Origin: Rhodosorus marinus CCMP1338
Lineage: Eukaryota; Plantae; Rhodophyta
Assembly (NCBI GenBank): GCA_029953675.1
Contig: JAMWBK010000012.1
Location: 372,001-436,000, forward strand
DNA length: 64,000 nucleotides
Direction: 5' to 3'
In this document: piece after piece, positions 36,301 to 44,793 of the stretch
How positions within the stretch are numbered: position 1 is the first letter of the stretch
How the letters are laid out: every line of letters starts with the position of its first letter
Program-made: the position numbers and the translations under genes
The notes under the pieces: model-generated
The model's database searches: none
The model's input: only the letters and a program-made list of their open reading frames with translations
What the model was told of the DNA's origin: nothing

Positions 36301-38325
36301 AGACTGCAAATCCATCGACTGCGACCTCGCAGCCGTACCCGGGGAGCTAATCGTGCTTCTCCCCCTTAGACCCAGGGGAGTCGGTCCTCGCACGTTTTCC
36401 GCCTAACCTCCCCAGAGTGGTCAGCCGGCCACTCCGCGAGGCTCGCGGGATAGCTCCCTCGGGCTTCAACAAAGTAATAGGGGCGTTCTCCCCCGAAATG
36501 CCCTCATTCTGCTCCCCTTCCTCACCACTCTCACTGGAAGTGGTGTTGGTAGCATAGCCCTCTAATACCCCCAACCTCTGTAACTCCGCCGTGTGACTCG
36601 AGCTCAGCACAAGGCGCCTCTCCCGGTCGAAAAGGGTAGAGATGGCTGCACGCAGGTGGCGTGGCCCCGGCGCGAAACGCTTCAAAAGTATATGCTCAAT
36701 GCGGTGAAGGCGTAGCCAATGGATGGCTGCGGCTTTCACGCTGGTTTCGTGCTCAGCGGTGAACATGTTACACTGCTCAGCCGTTATCTAGTGGATCTAT
36801 CGCGCGAATGAATCTGTTCTAACAAGGATAACCGTAGTTAAAGTATGTACGGGCCCGTACAACCCCCTCTTTGGCGTCATCTAGTGGATCTATCGCGCGA
36901 ATGAATCTGTTCTAACAAGTATAACCGTAGTTGAAGTATGTACGGGCCCGTACACCCCCCTCTTTGGCAGTTCCTGTCTCCCGGAGAAACGGCAGGACTC
37001 TCTGAGCACGAAACCAGCGTGAACGCCGCAGCCATCCATTGGCTACGCCTTCACGCTGGTTTCGTGAACGCCGCAGCCATCCATTGGCTACGCCTTCACG
37101 CTGGTTTCGTGCTCAGAGAGTCCTGCCGTTTCTCCGGGAGACAGGAAAGTGCCCGAGAAACGGTCAAAGTCAAAGTGCAGAACGACCTGGGGATGAGACC
37201 GCAACCAGCGGGCACTCTCAGGCCATTGCTCGGTAGGCTTGGCCAGTAGGGCCTGCAGGTACGTGGCCGTTGTTGCAGTGACCACGAAGAGAACATCCCG
37301 ACCCTCGTAGTTCGCAAAAAGGAAGTCATCTCGGCAACAGCCCAAGGACTCCGCAAAGTATTGCGGAAATCAATCATGGATGGGACCTTACCCCGTGTAG
37401 TCTGGGGCCGAAAATTGCTTACCCAAAGGAATTGCAAAGTAGTCGCATCAGGTCTGCCCTGCTGCTCGCGAGAGGGCAAAAAGTTTAGCATAGCCGCTGT
37501 ACGGGCGGCTGTGGTACCCTTCCGTAAAACCGAGGCGTACGACGGGCCCCCCTTAGGGCCACCACGCTCCCCCGCCTTGGCTGGAGCTGTCCCCCCACCT
37601 GAGGGCTGGCCCAGCACAGGAAAGTCCGCTCCCGTTGAGGGGACGTGTAAAGGAGTAGATATGGCTGCACCCCTCCCCGAAGAGGCGCCAGTCGAGGGAC
37701 CACGAACAGCGGGCTCAGCAGCCCGCGCCTGTTCGGCGACAGTCGCAGAGTGACTGACCCCTTGATTTTGACTGCCTGGGGGCCGCGTAGCCACCGTGGC
37801 CACCGCGTCAGATTTTAGAGCAGGCGCCAGGAGGCTGGATTCCAGCAAACCAAGGCGTTGGGTCAGCTGCGGCAGGACGCCCTTGTCCCCCGCGGCGGTG
37901 ATTAGGCTGGTGACGGCTGACATGAGGGCTCGCACCTCCATACCAGTGGCACCCTGCAGCTCCACCTGCGTAGAGAAGGGGCACGAACTTAGACACACCG
38001 GGTGCCCAACCCCCAAGGACACCTCGTTGCCAGGGAGCTCCGCTCCCGAGGGAGCAGGGCGCGGGGAAACCCCTACAATCACGAGAGAATTTAGTGACGA
38101 TAGTTTAACCACCAATTCACCCGCCGAAAACACACACCACCCAACTCCACAAGAGAAAAATCCCCGTCACGACTCAACAACCAGGAGGTGAATGACCCGA
38201 CTACCAACCACAAAACCCGAAAAAACCGAGGGAAGGGCAGCAGAGAGAAGCGCCTCCCACCAAAGAACCCACTTGCCACGCAAAACCACCGAAAACTAGC
38301 ACCGGACACCCTCACGAATACTGGT
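33330..38325 (-). mobile_element. Rearranged near full-length family A1 element (5' UTR, ORF1, ORF2 RT, deletion, RLE), plus an extra 3' copy at 33330-33765
   Basis: 5' block at 38240-38318; ORF1 37096-38133 and 36347-36766; RT ORF 34510-35931 with GVQQGDLCGP and YAYHDDV; RLE 33811-34146. Confidence 0.88.
36786..36968. repeat. 93-bp tandem dimer containing palindrome TGTACGGGCCCGTACA
   Basis: Copies start at 36786 and 36879; palindromes at 36846-36861 and 36939-36954. Confidence 0.92.
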
Positions 38326-38329
38326 TTTA

Positions 38330-39110
38330 CTCTTAAGCGCTAACCAAGGCAGAAAAGGAACTAAGAGCTAGGGAGGGAAGCGTGTAAACCCAGGCGCCGA
38401 TGGCGCGCCTCGGCAAGCATGCTGCTAGAATATCGCCACAGGGCGGCACTCAAACGCCGTAAAGGCGCCAAGTACTCAGTAGGATGCTCAGCGATGGCGA
38501 TCCCGGCGGTCTAATTCTAGCAGCGGTAAATCCACGGCGCTCTCCGCCGGCCAGCAAATAACGACTAGCCTGAGGATTACGAACAGCAAGATCAACGTAC
38601 GTCGTACGGCGGCTATCGTCACAGGTGAACACGAGGTCAACTACGCGGTGTTAATCATTCTGGTAGTCTGCGACAGGCAGGGGCTTCTCACATTCAGTTT
38701 CAAGACCGGCTTGCCTTTCGATAGGTACGAAGTGCGCTGTATAACAGGTTCAAGATCCGCGTATGTCGACGGGTTCGGGCGTATTTTACAGCGGGGCAGC
38801 TGGCGAGCAGGTGGGCTCCAAAATCCGCGGTATCTTCGTTCTGAGAGCATAGAGGGCACGGCGAATCCATCTCGGAATGCCAGGGGGGCTCATGCAAACC
38901 TAGATATAAACGCAGAGAAGTGCGCACTTCGAAATCTGTCAGCGTGAGTGGCGGAAAAGCGGGGACTCCCATCAGCCACTGTGAGCTGATACACCCTCCA
39001 AGACTACGCAGGCGGGTGCGATCTCGGGAAGATGAGACCATCTGCGCGAGAAGTCGGCCGTGGGAACGGTGCGAGTCCCAAGAAAGGGCGTTTAGCAACT
39101 CATCCGCGAC
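38330..39110 (-). mobile_element. Diverged C-like zinc knuckle/RLE fragment joined to an A 3' end
   Basis: ORF 38700-39248 has CPLC..HLLASC..RRH; A-type 3' terminus at 38330-38490. Confidence 0.85.
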
Positions 39111-40579
39111 TGCTAGTGTTTTATGGATAAATACCCTCAATTCCGTTACGGAATAGCCGTATTCACGAAGTTGGTAGAAAACCAAATATATATGCAGGGA
39201 TCCCGCTCGTTTACTACGGTATTTACTCTCAAGATCAAAGCCGTGCATTGAAATGCCGATCGGTATTTGTTTTGCTTCTGGAGAATCCTACAAATATATA
39301 TATGAAAAATAAGCATTTGACGTTTTGATCCAATGTTTATCCTATATTCAATTGAGACCCAACTTTCATCCCCTGTCCCAAAGAAAAAGTCCCGTCTACA
39401 ACCACTCATTTAATTTACTATTTTCAATTGTTTGATAATTGGCTGTCGGCGGCTTGCCTTTTGTTTAATGAAAATGTTTCAAGACTTTTCAAATGGGACA
39501 GATTGGGACGCTTATTTGTTTTTTTCTATTTCCTGCTCATGACCGGTTTCCGGGACAATTTGGCGTTCGCCATTTGTCTTTTGGGAGTTTTTGGGGCTAT
39601 AAAATCTGGGACACTGAAATTTCCACACCCGAGAATATCATTTAAAGTTGTTTTTTTAGTGCCATGGTGTGGGACATCGTAAGCTGGCTGCTGAGTGTCA
39701 CTCCGCGAGCCCAGGGGGACGCCAGTTGGGAGGGTGGGAACATCAAGAGGCGGTGCTAATCATTACAACGTGGGGCTACCAGCTCAAAGCAGTGTGCTTA
39801 TACTTTTGACGTGGAACTGAGTCTGCGAAGAACTGTTAGGCTCGGTCCGAACTCCACTGGAAAAAAGTATCAATCGTGGGGAATGAGCATCGATTCTTCC
39901 TTGGCTATACCACGTTGTCACTACTCCAAGATTGCGGTAGCCCTCTTATAGACTGCAAGTGCGTACAAAACGGAAACTCCAGATGCATACAAATTCTACC
40001 CATCTCTCCAAAAAATCGCCACTAGCAGAGCGCTTTAGCACTTTAGCCACTTGGAGACGCAGTCAACATCCATAGCTTGGGCCCTCCACCGCCATACGCA
40101 CACCACTTTCTATCAGAACAAGAAGAACCTGTTTACCGATGCTCTTACACCTATAGCGCCTGCTCCACATCAACCGATAGAAGCCCAAGTGTGTAGTCGA
40201 TCAGTTCACTGCCAAGCGCATCTCAACACGCTGTCAAGCCCTCCATGAAACAAAAGTTAGCCGTCAGTGACCCAAACCGGCCACCGCCCTCGCCGGGAGT
40301 GATGGATTATGTGGTTTTTTCTGGGTATACTGTCTTGGGTGCTTTTCCATCTGCACTGGTCGGCAATGAGACCTCTGACGCAATGGACAGCTAGGATGGG
40401 ATAGCCATAAATTTCGGAACTCAAACAGATTTTGGTTGAGTTGTGAGGCTTTGGAATACGTACATAAACTATGCGTTGGCTCCTGAAGTCGGAGTCGGGG
40501 TTTAGAGAAAGGAGAGTAGACTACTGTGAGAGAGATTCAAAACTGTAGAGAAACGGAGAGAGAAAGAGGAGTATTCAGT

Positions 40580-41020
40580 ATGTGCGGAAAGGGCTCAGTG
40601 ATTGTTCTGGCGGTGTTTGTTGTTTGTGCTTTCAGCGCACCTGTCGACCGTAATGCTGCAATGAGCTCGGGGTTGAAAGATCCGTCGTCGGTGAGAGACC
40701 CAATCGCTTGTTACAACCGATGCTGCCAGAAGTGTGATCCAAGGGACGAAGCCTGCCGGGAGAAGTGTGGTATCCGGTGTGGATTGACCGACGACAAGCC
40801 TGAACACGATCCAATCGAGTGTTACAATGAGTGCTGCCAGAACTGCGATCCGAGCGATGACGCCTGCCGGGAGAAGTGTGGTATTCGATGTGGGTTGATA
40901 GATGACGAACCTGAGGAGGATCCAATTAAGTGCTACAATGAGTGCTGTCAGGAGTGCGACAGTAGCGAAGAGGATTCTTCTTGCCGGTTAGCCTGCGGTG
41001 TCGACTGTGGTCTCGTTTGA
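40580..41020 (+). CDS. Small secreted acidic Cys-rich protein with three 37-aa repeats
   Basis: Signal MCGKGSVIVLAVFVVCAFSA; three DPIxCYNxCCQxCD(x5-7)CxxxCGxxCGL repeats. Confidence 0.82.
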   Translation: MCGKGSVIVLAVFVVCAFSAPVDRNAAMSSGLKDPSSVRDPIACYNRCCQKCDPRDEACREKCGIRCGLTDDKPEHDPIECYNECCQNCDPSDDACREKCGIRCGLIDDEPEEDPIKCYNECCQECDSSEEDSSCRLACGVDCGLV

Positions 41021-41709
41021 TTTAGGACGGACCGGGGATGTTGGAACGCACGCCGGTATTTCAAGTGAGCTGTGTAGATAGTGCGTTTACAAGCCCTTAG
41101 GCACGAAAATGAACTAATGAAACCGCATCTAATCCGTCTTGTACGAAAACCGTCAAATTTCGCGTCCAAATCGTCTCCATCGGAAAGTGAAATCTTCTCA
41201 AAGTCAAACTTGTCATCTCCAACGCTGTCGATTCGTGCGAGGCAGTCCCCAAATTCCGCGGAGCTTTCTCTAGTTTCTATTTGGGGACCTTTACGCGCTC
41301 ATGTTTCCAGTGCTTTACTATCGCTCTATTGGTTTTACGCGATTACGTTTAGTTTCTTGTTGGAGTGTTCCAATGCCAGCTTTCAACAGTTCTTCTAACA
41401 AGTTACTATTCTTCCTAGATGGTCGTCGAATCCTCACCTAGCTTTTCCGCTTGCATAGCACGAGCATGGTTCATCCACTCTCTGACCGCCTCATGCCCAT
41501 AATATTTGCAGAAGTAATGCCAATTCAATATTAGTCTAGGGCAAACACGTCGTATCCCTCCCAATTGTGCTTCTGGTAGGCCTAGCAGCATATAACCTGG
41601 TTTTAGATGAGGGTCAGCTAGTGACCTGGTCATCGGTTATAAATAGGCCTCGCTCGAGTAGTAATTGACAGAGTAGAGAAAATGAAACTCAGTCAGGTAG
41701 AAAATTACG

Positions 41710-42060
41710 AAGGCCCTAGTAGAGAGCCGTACGACGTTCGCTGACCTTGTTGTTCGTAGTCCTCAGACTCGTTATTTGCCGGCTGCGGGAGAGCGCCGTG
41801 GTCCTGTTACCTCTGGTCATTGAGAGCCTTGGGTTTCTGGATTCCGTTGGTTCCCGTGGCTTCGGGAAGCGATCCACGAACGCCCCGACCGCCTGTCCCC
41901 TTTGCTTACCCGTTTAAGTTTGTTGCTGTGGTGTAGTGTATGAGCGCTGTTTTGATGTTGGAGGAGCGCAATCCTCGCCGCGCTTAGTCCTTTGTTTCCC
42001 GTCGGGGTTCTTTCTTCATGTTTAATCGGGCACTGAAGGTCTCCGATTAAACAAAATTCA
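41710..42060 (+). mobile_element. Decayed C-like 3' end
   Basis: GACCTTGTTGTTCGTA..GGAGAGCGCCGTGG..CGCCGCGCTTAGTC..CCGATTAAAC..ATTCATTC. Confidence 0.7.
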
Positions 42061-42761
42061 TTCAGTAGAGACTACGCCGGAGATATTAGTGCAAGGAACG
42101 GGAGGGTACCCGGTGGTTGGATGTTTCGAAAACAGATAACTCAAAAACAAGGAAAATATGTACGCATCAAGTGGCGGGTTGGCTCAAGGCAAAAATTCCG
42201 ATCTCCAAATAAAATAAAACTATATTGATTGTCTCTCAACTGATACTGGTATATTGACTGATATTGCGGTGGACAGTGAAATCCTACCACAAACACTTTT
42301 CCGGGAAATCGGCGCTAGAGACAACAAGGCCGCGGAGAAAGAAGTGTTTCAAATATTGGTCTCCAAGCAAAAATCGGATCTGCATCACATATTGATTACT
42401 TATCAGTCGAACGGCTATATATTGACTGATGTGTGGTCAGAAGAGCCTACAAATTGGGTCCGACAGGGGCACCTTCAATTCCAGCTCCGAATCGATGCAT
42501 TGGTGAACCGCTCCTATGATAGCAAAAGCGCGGGTTCTCTTTCGACTGGAAAATACGCTCGATTCTGTTTCATAGAACCAGTATATATATCCAAACAACT
42601 ATACTGTTCGTTGAAAACCAACTAGACGGTATGATATAGAAAAAGCCGGTACAATATTCCATTTTAGATTGTTTTGTTACCGTATTTTATTCTCAAAATC
42701 GGTTAACTCGATCGATATTCGTTTGTTCCCAGCGCTATAAATAGTCTTCACCTTCAATGCA

Positions 42762-44183
42762 TTAAAAACACCAATTGATTTCTGTAGCCGAAAAAATTAT
42801 TTCCTTATTCAAATGCATGAGCATTTCTATATTTAGTTTTCTCCCCATGACTGCTTTCCAAACTTTATCAAAATGAGGATGTGAGTTAGCGATTCGTACT
42901 CGTAATTCTAGGGAATCATGGCCCGTACAGCTGTTTATGAGTGCAATTCGAAGGATATCTGGGTAATCTGGACTTTTCTGGTTGAGTATACAGTATATCT
43001 GGTCTTTATATCTGTCTTTCACAGGGTTTTCAGCAGCGGAGTCTTGACTGAGGGTGTCCAGAGCCAGCGGATTCGGAGAGGCCGATGGTGCTTCTGCCAT
43101 GTCGGTGTCACGAGCCTCGGAGACAGGGCGAGGGGAGGAAGGGTGCTCAAGAGTCGGCGGCAGAAGGTCAAACGCAGGGTGGGCTTCCAGCAGGGTGGCC
43201 TCAGTGGAGAGGAAGGCCTCTAGCGCGGTGCGGAGGACCCCGCGAGGAGGAAAACGCGCGAAGAGGCTCGCCTGTATGCGCGAGAGCCGCGCCGCATGAG
43301 TGTGTAGGGCGACAACCGAAGCCTGCGAGGCATCCAGGTTTTGCAAGGCCGACGGTGGAACCCAGCCGGCGTCAAAACGATCGAACTCGACAAACAAAGA
43401 GACATGAGGACGAGTCAGTATCATGTTGGCCAGAGCAGAGCGCTGGGGCGCGGGGGTGGTTACAAGCGATTGAAGGAACTGGTAAGCCGAGTCAGCAACA
43501 ATAAAACAGGCATGAGGGCCCGTGAAGTCCACATATAGGAATTCAGACGGGGCGACCCCAAGGGAGGAAGCCATGGTGTCGCGAAAATCGCGGTAGTGGA
43601 CGGGCGCGCGGCCCCGACCACGAGAGGGGGTCTGGGGACGCACGTTCGTCATCCAAACAAAGTGGAACGGAGATAGTTGGCGAGAAGAGTCAATAGGGAT
43701 GTGTTGTGGCATCATACGCACCATTGCCGTCGTGCGTTGTTCAGAAGAGCCCCTGCGTAGGACCTGCGAATAGGTCGCACGTGGGGCACTGGAGGGAGCA
43801 GGATTCGGGCCCGACGCGGGCCCAGGAGGCGTCTGTCCTTGAATAGGGGTAGGCCAGTCGGAATCAGGAATGGCCGGAGCGGAGCGCTCGGGTCGGGTGG
43901 AGGCAGGCCCCGCTGTACCGTGCGGATCCGCGGGGACGGGCACCGGGGGGTATGGGGCAGGCGCGGAGGCGGAGAAGCGCTCCAAATAGGCGATCAGCAG
44001 GGGCAGGCGGTGTTCCTGGGAAGCAGTCACAAGAAGACTCGTCAGTTTCGAGCAGATCCCATGGGCTAACTCGTCAGCGCAGTCCGTGAGGGTGGCCGCG
44101 GTACTAAACCCGCCCACGCAGAGCTCCACGCGCGCTGAGAGAACGGCTCCGTCCGCCGGAATGGGTGGGGAAACCCCAACCAT
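42762..44183 (-). CDS. CRE family C ORF1 (388 aa, no stops) fused in frame to 85 unrelated codons
   Basis: The ORF track shows 42762-44297 open; the likely start is MVGVSP at 44183; near-identical to 55162-56328 up to AAENPV, then unrelated AT-rich sequence. Confidence 0.6.
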   Translation of the reverse strand: MVGVSPPIPADGAVLSARVELCVGGFSTAATLTDCADELAHGICSKLTSLLVTASQEHRLPLLIAYLERFSASAPAPYPPVPVPADPHGTAGPASTRPERSAPAIPDSDWPTPIQGQTPPGPASGPNPAPSSAPRATYSQVLRRGSSEQRTTAMVRMMPQHIPIDSSRQLSPFHFVWMTNVRPQTPSRGRGRAPVHYRDFRDTMASSLGVAPSEFLYVDFTGPHACFIVADSAYQFLQSLVTTPAPQRSALANMILTRPHVSLFVEFDRFDAGWVPPSALQNLDASQASVVALHTHAARLSRIQASLFARFPPRGVLRTALEAFLSTEATLLEAHPAFDLLPPTLEHPSSPRPVSEARDTDMAEAPSASPNPLALDTLSQDSAAENPVKDRYKDQIYCILNQKSPDYPDILRIALINSCTGHDSLELRVRIANSHPHFDKVWKAVMGRKLNIEMLMHLNKEIIFSATEINWCF

Positions 44184-44428
44184 AACGATTGGAAGGTGTG
44201 AAAAACCGATTCCCCCACGAAACCCCCAAAAAGAGAACTTGTTCCCAACGTTTGCAACCAAAGAAAAACCACCACGACCTCCAAGGGGCGCTAGCAACCC
44301 CCAGCACGCACCACACCACTAGAAGATGCGGGGGAAAGGCTGCAGAAAGAAGCGCCTCCCACCGAAGAACACAATTGCGACTCAAAACCACCAAAAGCCA
44401 GCACCATACACCCTCACGAAACCAAAAA
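43022..44428 (-). mobile_element. 5'-intact, 3'-deleted family C element directly downstream of U2
   Basis: Colinear with 54917-56328. Confidence 0.92.
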
Positions 44429-44442
44429 CGGGGAGTAAAAGA

Positions 44443-44635
44443 GGTGCTCCGCAACAGAAAGCAGTGCGAAATCTGAGCAAAGCGCGGTAAACGGGCGTGG
44501 CAAGCCACTAACCAAACATAAACCCCTCCAGAAAAATATTTGTAACAAAAGCATCTAAAATTTAGATGCATCAAGTTGTTACACTTGATAGAACAGATAC
44601 TACACTTGATCTTAGCCAAAAGGCCGAGAAGAGTT
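44443..44635 (-). ncRNA. U2: U2 spliceosomal snRNA
   Basis: Minus strand reads AACTCTTCTCGGCCTTTTGGCTAAGATCAAGTGTAGTATCTGTTCT; stem IIa ATCAAGT/ACTTGAT; IIb GCATCTAA/TTAGATGC; IIc TTGTTACA complementary to the IIa loop; Sm-like ATATTTTTCTGG; 3' stem TGCTC..GAGCA; about 193 nt. Confidence 0.95.
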
Positions 44636-44711
44636 AGGTCACGCTCACAACTTTGGTAGTAAAGCCGAGCATGTTTGTGAGGTTAGCTGTGGAGATAGAC
44701 CGCCGATGGAG

Positions 44712-44722
44712 GGTATATAAAG
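44712..44722 (+). promoter_or_regulatory. TATA box (GGTATATAAAG) between the divergent U2 and 1268-aa genes
   Basis: About 75-80 nt from both the ATG (44794) and the U2 5' end (44635). Confidence 0.45.
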
Positions 44723-44793
44723 GTCCAACCCGGGTAGGTAGGTCGAGGTTCGTGGAGTAGCCAAGAGGAATTTTTAATTAAGCATAAAACCAG

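Noticed and set aside
36826-36838. GGATAACCGTAGT, a 13-nt match to 18S rRNA
   Set aside because: Too short, not conserved in the second copy, and no flanking rRNA similarity or D box.
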